Shown here: positions 39,425-49,039 of the stretch, piece after piece
How positions within the stretch are numbered: position 1 is the stretch's first letter
Layout: the number at the start of each line of letters is the position of its first letter
From: an uncultured Actinomycetota bacterium
GTDB taxonomy: Bacteria > Actinomycetota > Humimicrobiia > Humimicrobiales > Humimicrobiaceae
Length of the DNA: 64,000 bases
Assembly: GCA_964610385.1 (NCBI GenBank)
Contig: CAZSXW010000004.1
Location: 21,452 to 85,451, forward strand
Direction of reading: 5' to 3'
The notes under the pieces: generated by a model
Seen by the model: the letters and a program-made list of their open reading frames with translations, nothing else
What the model was told of the DNA's origin: nothing
Databases searched by the model: none
Program-made: the position numbers and the translations under genes

Positions 39425-41551
39425 ATGAAAAAAAAGTTAGTCTTTGAGATCGGAACCGAAGAACTGCCTCCTTCATGTGCTTTTGAGGGGTCAACCGGGC
39501 TGAAAAAAATCCTTGGGGATAAACTGTCTGAAAACAGGCTGGAATTTACCGATCTTAAAACTTACAGCTCACCAAGAAGACTGGTAGCAGTGGTAAAGGG
39601 ATTAAGTGATATTCAGAAATCCGAGGAAAAAACTGTCACCGGGCCCCTGGTAAAGATTGCCTTTGACAGGAGTGGTAATCCTACTCGTTCCGCAGAGGGT
39701 TTTGCAAAGAGCCTGGGTCTAAAAGTCTCTCAGCTTGAGAAGATAAAAGTAGGTGGCAAGGGAGTTTATCTGGGGAAGAGAATGGTAGATAAAGGTATAA
39801 AAACTACGGATATACTGCCTGAAATACTGAAGGGAACCATACTTGCCATGACTTTTAAAAAACAGATGACCTGGGGAGATTATGACCTTAAGTTTGCCCG
39901 TCCCATAAGGTGGATACTGGCTCTTTATGGTGATAAGGTGATAAAATTCAAACTGGCTAATTTAAATTCTTCAAATATCACATTCGGACACCGTACCCTT
40001 GGTCCGGGCCCTATTACCGTAAAGGATTCAGATAGTTACTTTAAAATGCTCAGAGATAAAGGGAAAGTAATAGCTGATGCGGAAAAAAGGAAACAGCTGA
40101 TATTAGACCAGATAAGCAGGCTTGAAAAAAGGAAATGGAAGGGAAAATACAGGGTGGTTTTAGACCAGAGTCTGATAGATGATGTGGTAAATCTGGTAGA
40201 AGTCCCAAACGTTATAACTGGAAATTTCCCGAAAAAATTTCTCTATATTCCGAAAGAACTTTTAATCGAGGCAATACAGTATCACCAGAGGTATTTTGCA
40301 GTTCTGGAAAGCTCAGGCAGTGTCAGTACCAGGTTTATTGTAGTTCAGAACGGCATAAGAGATAACGGCGAGATAAGGAAAGGAAATGAAAGAGTACTGA
40401 AGGCCAGGTTGAGTGATGCATCGTTCTTCTATGAAGAGGATAAGAAGCATGATTTCGATTACTGGATAGACAAGTTAAAAGGCGTGGTCTTCTTTTCCGA
40501 TATGGGCAGTATATATGATAGGACAGTAAGGATAAAAAAGGTAAGCATTTATATAGCAAAGCTTTTAGAAGGTTCTAAAACCCGGCTTAAAGATGATATA
40601 CCTGTTTATCTTAATAGAGCTGGGATGTTATGCAAATGTGACCTTGTGACCCATATGGTGGTGGAATTTCCTACGCTTCAGGGAATCGTGGGTAGAGAAT
40701 ATGCAAAAGAGAAGGGTGAGAGCAGAGAAGTCTCAGATGCAATATTCGAGCACTATCTGCCAAGATTTTCCGGTGATGTTCTTCCAATGACAGATACAGG
40801 AACGCTGCTGTCAATCGCTGATAAAATAGATACTATAACTGGGATGTTTCTGGCAGGGAAGATCCCATCCGGTTCAGAGGACCCCTTTGCTCTCAGAAGA
40901 AAAGCATCAGGTATTGTACTTTCTATACTTGAAAAAAAATATGATTTTGATCTTGATAGTGCTGTAAAATACAATCTAAATTTATATACAAAATCTTTTA
41001 AACTAGGAAATGAAGGCGACCTGCAGTTGATCACAAGGGTAAAAGACTTTATTATTTCAAGATATCGCTTCCTGCTGGAAAAAGAGAAAAGGAGATCGGA
41101 TATTCTGGAATCGATTCTGGGTTCGGGATGTTCTTCTATTATGGATATTAATTTAAGGTACAGAGCACTTCAAAAGTTTATATCAGGTGGTGATATCAAG
41201 AGGCTAGCCTTTCCTATGATAAGGTGTAAGAACATAACAGGTGATAATAAACCGGGAAGAGTGAAAACAAATCTTTTTAAAGAAGAGTATGAAAAAAAAC
41301 TCTTTTCATTGATATGCAGGTATGAAGCGAGTGTGAGAGAACTGATATTGAAAAAAGACTATGGATCGGTTCTTGCCGAATTTGAGGAATTTGGTAAAAC
41401 CGTTGATTTATTTTTTGACAATGTTCTGGTTATGGAAAAGGACGTTAAAATTAGAGTGAATAGGATCAATCTGGTTAGAAGGGCAGTCGATCTTTATTTA
41501 ATGTTTGCAGATTTTTCCAGGCTGGTTATAGAGGGCAATAACAGGGATTAG
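39425..41551 (+). CDS. glyS: Glycine--tRNA ligase beta subunit
   Basis: 708 aa, immediately downstream of glyQ. Confidence 0.9.
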   Translation: MKKKLVFEIGTEELPPSCAFEGSTGLKKILGDKLSENRLEFTDLKTYSSPRRLVAVVKGLSDIQKSEEKTVTGPLVKIAFDRSGNPTRSAEGFAKSLGLKVSQLEKIKVGGKGVYLGKRMVDKGIKTTDILPEILKGTILAMTFKKQMTWGDYDLKFARPIRWILALYGDKVIKFKLANLNSSNITFGHRTLGPGPITVKDSDSYFKMLRDKGKVIADAEKRKQLILDQISRLEKRKWKGKYRVVLDQSLIDDVVNLVEVPNVITGNFPKKFLYIPKELLIEAIQYHQRYFAVLESSGSVSTRFIVVQNGIRDNGEIRKGNERVLKARLSDASFFYEEDKKHDFDYWIDKLKGVVFFSDMGSIYDRTVRIKKVSIYIAKLLEGSKTRLKDDIPVYLNRAGMLCKCDLVTHMVVEFPTLQGIVGREYAKEKGESREVSDAIFEHYLPRFSGDVLPMTDTGTLLSIADKIDTITGMFLAGKIPSGSEDPFALRRKASGIVLSILEKKYDFDLDSAVKYNLNLYTKSFKLGNEGDLQLITRVKDFIISRYRFLLEKEKRRSDILESILGSGCSSIMDINLRYRALQKFISGGDIKRLAFPMIRCKNITGDNKPGRVKTNLFKEEYEKKLFSLICRYEASVRELILKKDYGSVLAEFEEFGKTVDLFFDNVLVMEKDVKIRVNRINLVRRAVDLYLMFADFSRLVIEGNNRD

Positions 41552-41661
41552 ATTTTTTAGCTTATTTTACTCTTATTTTTTTTTTATTTTTTTGGTATCA
41601 TATGTCGGTTTGTTTTTTATAAATTTTATCTTGTTATTAATATAATTTCTAAAGGGGACTG

Positions 41662-44304
41662 ATGGAAATGGTTTCTAAAAAGTATGTGTATTTTTTTGGT
41701 GAAGGCAAAAAAGAGATGAAGGGCCTCTTGGGTGGAAAAGGTGCTAATCTGTCAGAGATGACCAACATAGGGCTGCCTGTCCCTTACGGTTTTACCATAA
41801 CTACGGAAGTGTGTAATATGTTTTATGAATTGGGCAAGAAATATCCCGAAGGTTTGGATAAGCAGATTGACGAAAATCTAAAAAAACTTGAAGAAAAAAT
41901 GGGAATGATCTTTGGAGATGAAAAAAATCCACTTCTGGTTTCTGTCAGGTCTGGGGCAGCTATCTCGATGCCGGGTATGATGGACACGGTGCTGAATCTT
42001 GGTTTGAATGATAAGACTATCAAGGCCTTGATAGAAAAAACGAATAATGAAAGATTCGCCTGGGATTCCTATAGAAGATTTGTTCAGATGTTCGGTAATG
42101 TAGTAATGGGAGTGGAACATGATAGATTTGAGGAAGCGATACAGGCCAGAAAAGACAAGAAAAAGGTAAAATATGATACGGAGCTTGATGCCGAAGATCT
42201 AAAGGAGCTTGTAGAAGATTATAAGAAAATAATAAAGAAAGACAAGGGTAAGAGTTTCCCTCAGGATCCAAGAGAACAGCTGAAAATGTCAATTGATGCA
42301 GTATTCGGCTCCTGGAACAATAAAAGAGCCATATCTTATAGAAATCTTCACGATATACCACATAATATCGGCACTGCAGTAAATGTACAGGCAATGGTGT
42401 TCGGAAATATGGGAGAGAGTTCGGGAACCGGTGTTGCTTTTACCAGAGACCCGGCGACAGGAAAAGATGAGTTTTATGGTGAATATCTTATGAATGCACA
42501 GGGGGAAGACGTGGTCGCAGGGATAAGGACTCCCAAGCATATTTCTAAATTAAAAGAGGAAATGCCCGAGATCTATAAGCAGCTTATTGATATACGGAAA
42601 AAATTAGAAGACCATTACCGTGATATGCAGGATGTTGAATTTACCATCCAGGAAGGTAAGTTGTATATGCTTCAGACCAGGACCGGAAAGAGAACTGCAT
42701 CAGCAGCGTTAAAGATAGCAGTGGACATGGTCGATAAAAAATATATAGACAGGAAGACCGCAGTGACCAGAGTAGAGCCTCAAATGCTCGACCAGTTATT
42801 GCATAAACAGCTTGATCCAAAAGCCAAGCAAAAAGCAGAAATACTTGCCAAAGGTCTGCCAGCCTCGCCGGGTGCAGCGTTAGGCAGAGTTGTTTTCAAC
42901 GCAGATAGTGCTGTCGAAGAAGCAAAGAACGGGAATGTTATCCTGGTAAGGACGGAGACATCTCCCGAGGATATACAGGGAATGGCTGCTGCTCAGGGAA
43001 TCTTGACCGCAAGAGGTGGAATGACTTCTCATGCTGCAGTAGTCGCAAGGGGTATGGGTAAGTGCTGTGTTGCTGGTGCTGAGGATATCAAAGTATTTGA
43101 AAATAAAAAATATTTTAAGGTAAACGGCAGGCAGATAAAAAAGGATGACTGGATCACTCTTGACGGTTCAACGGGAGAAATTTTTACAGGAAAAATACCG
43201 GTGGTCGATCCCGTTCTGGGAGAAAATTTCAAAAAATTTATGAGCTGGGTTGATGAATACAAAAAAATAGGAGTAAGGACAAATGCTGATACTCCCAATG
43301 ATTCCAGGGTGGCAATAAGTTTTGGTGCAGAGGGTATAGGTCTCTGCAGGACTGAGCATATGTTCTTTGAAGCGGATAGAATAAAGGCAGTAAGAAAGAT
43401 GATAGTGGCAGGTAACAGGGAGGAAAGGGAGAAAGCACTAGCGAAGCTTTTACCGATGCAGCGAAAAGATTTTATAGAGATATTTAAAGTGATGAATGGT
43501 ATGCCTGTGACCATAAGACTACTTGATCCGCCGCTTCATGAATTTTTACCTAATGAAGATGTAGATATAAAGGAAATAGCTGGTGAACTAGGACTAAAAT
43601 TTGATGAACTCAAGGCAACTATAAATGCTCTTCATGAAATAAACCCCATGCTGGGACACAGGGGATGCAGGCTTTCCATTACCTATCCTGAGATCCTTGA
43701 GATGCAGGTAAGAGCAATATTTGAAGCTACTGTTGAACTGAAAAGGAAAAAATATAAGGTAAAACCGGAAGTGATGATCCCGCTGGTCGGGAGTGTAAAT
43801 GAAGTAAAAGTCCTGAAGGAACAGATAATAAAGATAGCGGACAGCATAATGAAGAAGGAGAACCTTAAGTTTGATTATAAGGTAGGCACCATGATCGAGA
43901 TACCGAGGGCCTGTGTCACTGCTGACGAGATAGCAGAAGAAGCCGAATTTTTCAGCTTTGGAACGAATGACCTCACCCAGATGACTTTTGGATTTTCAAG
44001 AGATGACTCGGGTAAGTTTCTTCCCGACTATCTGGAAAAAGGTATTTTGGATAAGGACCCGTTTGCTACCCTTGATAAAGATGGCGTAGGCCAGCTGGTA
44101 AAGATGGCTGTTGAAAAAGGCAGAAAAGTCAGAAAAGATTTAAAGATAGGTATATGCGGAGAACATGGGGGGGACCCGAGTTCTGTAGAATTCTGCCACA
44201 TGGTAGGAATGGATTATGTCAGCTGCTCGCCTTACAGGGTACCTATTGCCAGACTGGCTGCTGCACATGCTGCCTTAAAGGAAGAAGATAAAAAAAATAG
44301 CTAA
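41662..44304 (+). CDS. ppdK: Pyruvate, phosphate dikinase
   Basis: 880 aa with an N-terminal ATP-grasp (LLGGKGANLSEM), a phospho-His domain (GGMTSHAAVVARG) and a PEP-utilising TIM barrel. Confidence 0.95.
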   Translation: MEMVSKKYVYFFGEGKKEMKGLLGGKGANLSEMTNIGLPVPYGFTITTEVCNMFYELGKKYPEGLDKQIDENLKKLEEKMGMIFGDEKNPLLVSVRSGAAISMPGMMDTVLNLGLNDKTIKALIEKTNNERFAWDSYRRFVQMFGNVVMGVEHDRFEEAIQARKDKKKVKYDTELDAEDLKELVEDYKKIIKKDKGKSFPQDPREQLKMSIDAVFGSWNNKRAISYRNLHDIPHNIGTAVNVQAMVFGNMGESSGTGVAFTRDPATGKDEFYGEYLMNAQGEDVVAGIRTPKHISKLKEEMPEIYKQLIDIRKKLEDHYRDMQDVEFTIQEGKLYMLQTRTGKRTASAALKIAVDMVDKKYIDRKTAVTRVEPQMLDQLLHKQLDPKAKQKAEILAKGLPASPGAALGRVVFNADSAVEEAKNGNVILVRTETSPEDIQGMAAAQGILTARGGMTSHAAVVARGMGKCCVAGAEDIKVFENKKYFKVNGRQIKKDDWITLDGSTGEIFTGKIPVVDPVLGENFKKFMSWVDEYKKIGVRTNADTPNDSRVAISFGAEGIGLCRTEHMFFEADRIKAVRKMIVAGNREEREKALAKLLPMQRKDFIEIFKVMNGMPVTIRLLDPPLHEFLPNEDVDIKEIAGELGLKFDELKATINALHEINPMLGHRGCRLSITYPEILEMQVRAIFEATVELKRKKYKVKPEVMIPLVGSVNEVKVLKEQIIKIADSIMKKENLKFDYKVGTMIEIPRACVTADEIAEEAEFFSFGTNDLTQMTFGFSRDDSGKFLPDYLEKGILDKDPFATLDKDGVGQLVKMAVEKGRKVRKDLKIGICGEHGGDPSSVEFCHMVGMDYVSCSPYRVPIARLAAAHAALKEEDKKNS

Positions 44305-44450
44305 AATTTACCAAATATCTTTGGATAACATCTCCGATAAATAGTATATTAGTGGTAAAATAAATAAAGCATTTAATAATTAAAACCGGTCTGGTCTGTG
44401 GTCTCCAGGAAGTCCTTTCGGATATATGTCTATTATTATTTAAAAGGGAA

Positions 44451-46364
44451 ATGAACAGAAGTCTAAAGGCAGGCGAAGTAGAAGAATTAAAATCCAAGGC
44501 TGATATTCACAGCGTTATTTCCGGTTATGTAAAGCTAAAGAGGACCGGCAGGAATTATACCGGACTTTGCCCTTTTCACAAAGAGAAAACTCCATCATTT
44601 ACAGTTGATACTTCGAAGCAGCTGTATCACTGCTTCGGGTGCGGAGAAGGAGGGGATGTAATAAGATTTATAGAAAAAATTGAAAATATGGAATTTATAG
44701 AGGCTGTTGAATTTCTAGCAAAGAAGATAGGATACAACCTCAAGTATGTTTATGGCGGCTCTGCGCAGCCTTCGAAACTGAAAAACAGACTGGTGGAATT
44801 AAACGAACTTGCCAAGAAGTATTTTAGTTTTATACTCTTTAACAGCAAAAAGGGGCTACCCTCGCTGAATTATTTGAAAAACAGGGGTTTTATAGAGAAG
44901 ACATTGATTGAATTCGATGTGGGATACAGCCTGGATGAGTGGAGTGCCTTTTCAAATTTTGCCCAGAAGAGAGGTTATAACGCAAAGGAAATAATCGGAT
45001 GCGGGCTCGGCATAGAGAGTAAGAGGGGTAAAGAGGAGGTATATGATCGGTTTAGAAACAGAATAATCTTTCCCATTGAAGATATAGTGGGAAAGACAAT
45101 AGGCTTTGGGGGAAGAATCCTCTCGGAATCCGGGCAGACAGCTACACGACAGGCAAAGTATATAAACACGCCTGAGACCATCCTTTATTCCAAGAGCAAA
45201 AATATATACAGGATCTTTCAGGCAAAAAAGCATATTGTAGAGGCAGATGAGGTACTTATAGTGGAAGGTTATACCGATGTCATGGCTCTCCACCAGCAGG
45301 GTATAAAGAATGCAGTTGCAAGTCTTGGAACTGCTCTTACGTCGGAACAGATAAAGCTGCTGGGCAGATTTACAAAGAATATTGTACTGGTATTTGACAG
45401 CGATGCGGCAGGGATGAGTGCTTCGCTGAAAGGAATTGAAAGGCTGAGAGAGTACAATGAGAGGCTGGACCTATATTATGAAAATAATTTGAATATAAAG
45501 GTATCGGTACTGGAAGAGGGCTATGATCCTGCAGATTTTATATTCAAGAAGGGAAGAGATGCTTTTTTGGATAAAATAGAAAGTTCCGAAGGTATTATTG
45601 ATTTTACCCTTGATGCGATTATTGGTAAATATGATATAAGTGATTTGGCTGGAAAACTTAAAGCCAGCGACCATATTACAAGGTTTATATCCACTCTTTC
45701 CTCGAGGATCATACAGGAGGAGTGTATAAAAAGGGTAGCCGGTAAATTAAATCTTAAGGAAAGCCTGCTTCTGGAAGAGATGTTGAGGAAAGAACATGAA
45801 CATAAAGACAGAGCTGTATACTGGAATAAAGATGATGATAGTTCAAAGAAGGAATCTGTAGGTGAGGATACAGTTCCTTTAAAGAGAATTGAAATTGAAG
45901 CATTAAAGCTTATAATAAACGGGCTGGGAGGTCAAATGGACGTGTTCCTGAGTCTGGGCCCTGATCATTTTAGATTTGATGATACCAGGGAGCTTTACCT
46001 GATTGCAAGGGATGAGATCCGGAAAGCAAAAGAAGATAATAAAAAGATAAACTTTCCAATTAAAATTACGTCAGGTGCAGTAGAGAATGAAGAGGTTAGA
46101 AAACTATATAATTTCATTTTATTCAGCAAACCGCATTTCAAGGATCAGTATTTAAATAAATTGAGTAAAGAGGTTATAAGTAATCTAAAGGGTATCCGCA
46201 TTTCAGAAGAAATTGAGAAAATCAGAAAAAAGATGATAGAATATGAAAAAAATAAGGATACGGGCAGCGGCATAGAAAAAGATGAATGTGACTCTAAATA
46301 TGACCAGTTGTACCGCAGACTTATAGAACTGGAAAAAGAAAAAATGAATTTGAAATTACTTTAA
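44451..46364 (+). CDS. dnaG: DNA primase
   Basis: A zinc ribbon (CPFHKEKTPSF...CFGCG) and a TOPRIM domain (EGYTDV). Confidence 0.9.
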   Translation: MNRSLKAGEVEELKSKADIHSVISGYVKLKRTGRNYTGLCPFHKEKTPSFTVDTSKQLYHCFGCGEGGDVIRFIEKIENMEFIEAVEFLAKKIGYNLKYVYGGSAQPSKLKNRLVELNELAKKYFSFILFNSKKGLPSLNYLKNRGFIEKTLIEFDVGYSLDEWSAFSNFAQKRGYNAKEIIGCGLGIESKRGKEEVYDRFRNRIIFPIEDIVGKTIGFGGRILSESGQTATRQAKYINTPETILYSKSKNIYRIFQAKKHIVEADEVLIVEGYTDVMALHQQGIKNAVASLGTALTSEQIKLLGRFTKNIVLVFDSDAAGMSASLKGIERLREYNERLDLYYENNLNIKVSVLEEGYDPADFIFKKGRDAFLDKIESSEGIIDFTLDAIIGKYDISDLAGKLKASDHITRFISTLSSRIIQEECIKRVAGKLNLKESLLLEEMLRKEHEHKDRAVYWNKDDDSSKKESVGEDTVPLKRIEIEALKLIINGLGGQMDVFLSLGPDHFRFDDTRELYLIARDEIRKAKEDNKKINFPIKITSGAVENEEVRKLYNFILFSKPHFKDQYLNKLSKEVISNLKGIRISEEIEKIRKKMIEYEKNKDTGSGIEKDECDSKYDQLYRRLIELEKEKMNLKLL

Positions 46365-46383
46365 ATTGGAGGAGAGTTAAAAT

Positions 46384-47484
46384 ATGAAAAGAGGATCGGA
46401 ATTTAAGTTAGAAGAGGTAAAGATGCTTATCAATAAAGGCAAATCTGATGGTCTTCTGACTACTGAAGAAATAGCTGAGACTCTTTCGGATATAGAGCTT
46501 ACTAAGGAACAAATAGAAAATATCTATGATGTAATCCAGAACCTTGGAATAGAGATCGTAAGTGAAGATGACGAGGATATAGACAGCAAAAGCACTAAAA
46601 AGAAAGAAGGTGAAGGGATATTTAGCAGGAAACTGGATCTTACCATAAAGTCACCTACAAATGATCCCGTAAGGATGTATCTTAAAGAGATAGGTAAGGT
46701 AAGGCTGCTTACCGCTTTTGAAGAAGTACATCTTGCAAAGAAAATAGAAGCAGGTGATATAAAAGCTAAAAGGATGCTGGTTGAGGCCAACTTGAGGCTT
46801 GTGGTAAGCATCGCTAAAAAATATGTGGGAAGAGGGATGCTCTTTTTAGACCTTATCCAGGAAGGAAACCTGGGTCTTATAAGAGCGGTTGAAAAATTTG
46901 ATTATAAAAAGGGATATAAATTTTCTACTTATGCCACCTGGTGGATAAGGCAGGCAATAACCAGAGCCATAGCAGACCAGGCCAGGACCATAAGGATTCC
47001 GGTACATATGGTAGAAACAATAAATAAATTGATAAGGATACAAAGGCACCTTCTTCAGAAATTTGGAAGGGAACCCACCCCGGAAGAGATAGCGAAGAAG
47101 ATGAAATTTTCCCCTGAGAAGGTAAGAGAGATAATGAAAATCTCGCAGGAGCCGGTATCTCTTGAGACTCCTATAGGTGAAGAGGAAGACAGCCATCTGG
47201 GGGATTTCATAGAGGATTCGGATGTTGAAGCGCCTTCCGATGCTGCTTCGTTTACCATGCTCCAGGAGCAGCTCCAGGAAGTCCTGAATACATTGAATGA
47301 CAGGGAAAGAAAAGTCATCCAGTTAAGATTCGGCCTGCAGGACGGCCATCCCAGGACACTTGAGGAAGTTGGGAGAGAATTCGGTGTAACCAGGGAAAGA
47401 ATAAGACAGATAGAATCAAAGACTCTGGGAAAACTCAGGCATCCCAACAGGAGCAGCGCCTTAAGAGACTTCTTAGAACATTGA
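46384..47484 (+). CDS. rpoD: RNA polymerase primary sigma factor (SigA)
   Basis: Regions 1.2 through 4.2, with the conserved region 2.4 ([13 protein letters not shown]) and region 4.2 (TLEEVG...TRERIRQIE). Confidence 0.95.
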   Translation: MKRGSEFKLEEVKMLINKGKSDGLLTTEEIAETLSDIELTKEQIENIYDVIQNLGIEIVSEDDEDIDSKSTKKKEGEGIFSRKLDLTIKSPTNDPVRMYLKEIGKVRLLTAFEEVHLAKKIEAGDIKAKRMLVEANLRLVVSIAKKYVGRGMLFLDLIQEGNLGLIRAVEKFDYKKGYKFSTYATWWIRQAITRAIADQARTIRIPVHMVETINKLIRIQRHLLQKFGREPTPEEIAKKMKFSPEKVREIMKISQEPVSLETPIGEEEDSHLGDFIEDSDVEAPSDAASFTMLQEQLQEVLNTLNDRERKVIQLRFGLQDGHPRTLEEVGREFGVTRERIRQIESKTLGKLRHPNRSSALRDFLEH

Positions 47485-47499
47485 TGCCATCTTTAGACC

Positions 47500-47527
47500 T
47501 TGAAATAAACTTCTTATATACTATAAT
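47500..47527 (+). promoter_or_regulatory. Candidate tRNA promoter (TTGAAA, 16-bp spacer, TATAAT)
   Basis: Read directly from the sequence upstream of the tRNA. Confidence 0.4.
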
Positions 47528-47548
47528 GGCATATCATGTAAACCCAAT

Positions 47549-47623
<75 letters not shown>

Positions 47624-47638
47624 ATAAAATTTTGAATT

Positions 47639-47791
47639 CTATAATTTTTTACTACTCATAATAGGTTCTTGGTTCAGCAGTTCTCTATATTCTGCTTTGG
47701 AATAAATAATATCTCTTATAAGATCAGTAAGTTCTCTTAGTTTGTTTGCCTTTTCATCTGGAAACTTCTTAAGAAATTCTTTATAATTTAT
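47639..47791 (-). pseudogene. Start-less 50-codon C-terminal gene fragment ending 16 bp from the tRNA 3' end (gene remnant)
   Basis: The minus-strand frame reads INYKEFLKKFPDEKANKLRELTDLIRDIIYSKAEYRELLNQEPIMSSKKL*, bounded upstream by an in-frame stop with no ATG, GTG or TTG. It is a possible remnant of a gene broken at the tRNA-associated integration site. Confidence 0.3.
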
Positions 47792-47900
47792 CTATGCTCC
47801 TAACGCTTATTTAAATTAGGAGTATATTATAATCACAGTTATAATTATTTGATAATACTAAATATTGGTTATATGATAAGGGACAATTCCGAAATACATT

Positions 47901-48917
47901 ATGCAGGATATAATAGAAAAAAAGCGATTATCTATTCTACAAATACTTCAGAACACAGATGATGTGGCAATAAGTAGCCACAAAATTACACGCAAACTAA
48001 AAGAAATGGGATATAAAATGAGCGAGCGTACTGTGCGTTTTCATCTGCTTTCTTTGGATAAAGACGGCTATACGGAGTATTTTCCAAAAAAAGGAAGAAG
48101 AATAACGGAGAAAGGGATTAACGAGCTATTACTTGCAAGGGCTTATGAAAAGGTGGGTTTTTTATCCACAAAAATAGATAGCATGACCTATAGTATGCAC
48201 TTCGATATTTATAAGAAAGAAGGCACTGTTGTTATAAATTTGAGCTATGTAAAACTGAAAGATATAAAAAAGGCATGGCCGTTGATGTGTAAAGTACTTG
48301 AAAAAAGACTTGGCATGGGCAAATTCCTTGTTTTCTTTAAACCGGGGGAAAGAATAGGACAGGCCACTGTTCCTGAAGACTGTATAGGCATAGGAACTGT
48401 CTGTTCCATAACTATTAACGGTATCCTTCTCCAGCATGGAATCCCCATAAGATCGAGATTCGGGGGCCTTCTAGAGATACGGAAAAATAAACCAAACCGG
48501 TTTGTAGCGATAATTAATTATGACGGAACGAGTTTAGATCCTCTTGAAATATTCATAAAAAGCGGTATGACGAATTATATACAGGCAGTAAAAAACGGCA
48601 ATGGTTTGATAGGTGCGAGTTTCAGAGAGATGCCATCGGACAGCAGAAGCCAAGTTGAAGATATCGCAGAAAAGATAGATGCAATAGGATTGGGCTGCTT
48701 TATGAAGATTGGTTATCCCGGTAAAAGTCTGTGTGAAATTCCTGTTAATGACGGTAGTTTTGGTTCAATAATAATCGGCGGTCTGAATCCCATAGCTATT
48801 TTGGAAGAATACAGAATAAATGTGCAGTCCAAAGCTCTTTCCTGTCTGATAGATTATAAAAAACTCTTTCCTTATACGGAAACGGAAAAAAGACTGAAAT
48901 CAATTCTTAATAAATAA
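47901..48917 (+). CDS. NrpR-like nitrogen regulatory repressor (N-terminal winged HTH plus one NrpR/DUF128 domain)
   Basis: 338 aa. The architecture and sequence resemble euryarchaeal NrpR. The genomic context (GltB-like protein, amt, glnK directly downstream) matches an NrpR regulon. Confidence 0.5.
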   Translation: MQDIIEKKRLSILQILQNTDDVAISSHKITRKLKEMGYKMSERTVRFHLLSLDKDGYTEYFPKKGRRITEKGINELLLARAYEKVGFLSTKIDSMTYSMHFDIYKKEGTVVINLSYVKLKDIKKAWPLMCKVLEKRLGMGKFLVFFKPGERIGQATVPEDCIGIGTVCSITINGILLQHGIPIRSRFGGLLEIRKNKPNRFVAIINYDGTSLDPLEIFIKSGMTNYIQAVKNGNGLIGASFREMPSDSRSQVEDIAEKIDAIGLGCFMKIGYPGKSLCEIPVNDGSFGSIIIGGLNPIAILEEYRINVQSKALSCLIDYKKLFPYTETEKRLKSILNK

Positions 48918-48959
48918 TACTCTTTTTTAAAAATCCCAGGATTACATTATAAAATTTAC

Positions 48960-49016
48960 TTGACAGCACTTCTTTATGCTCATATTATTGTGGCAATGAA
49001 TTACCACAATAATATT
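48960..49016 (+). promoter_or_regulatory. Strong sigma-70 promoter (TTGACA, 17-bp spacer, TATTAT) overlapped by a perfect 12-bp inverted repeat (ATATTATTGTGG, 10-nt spacer, CCACAATAATAT)
   Basis: TTGACA lies at 48960-48965 and TATTAT at 48983-48988. The palindrome at 48982-49015 has a classic repressor-operator geometry and lies 24 bp upstream of the GltB-like gene. Confidence 0.55.
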
Positions 49017-49039
49017 AAAAATCATAGGAGGTTAAATAA

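Noticed and set aside
44385-44425. Tandem GGTCT x3 with flanking CCGG/TCGG upstream of dnaG
   Set aside because: It is a short microrepeat with no convincing secondary structure or conservation signal.
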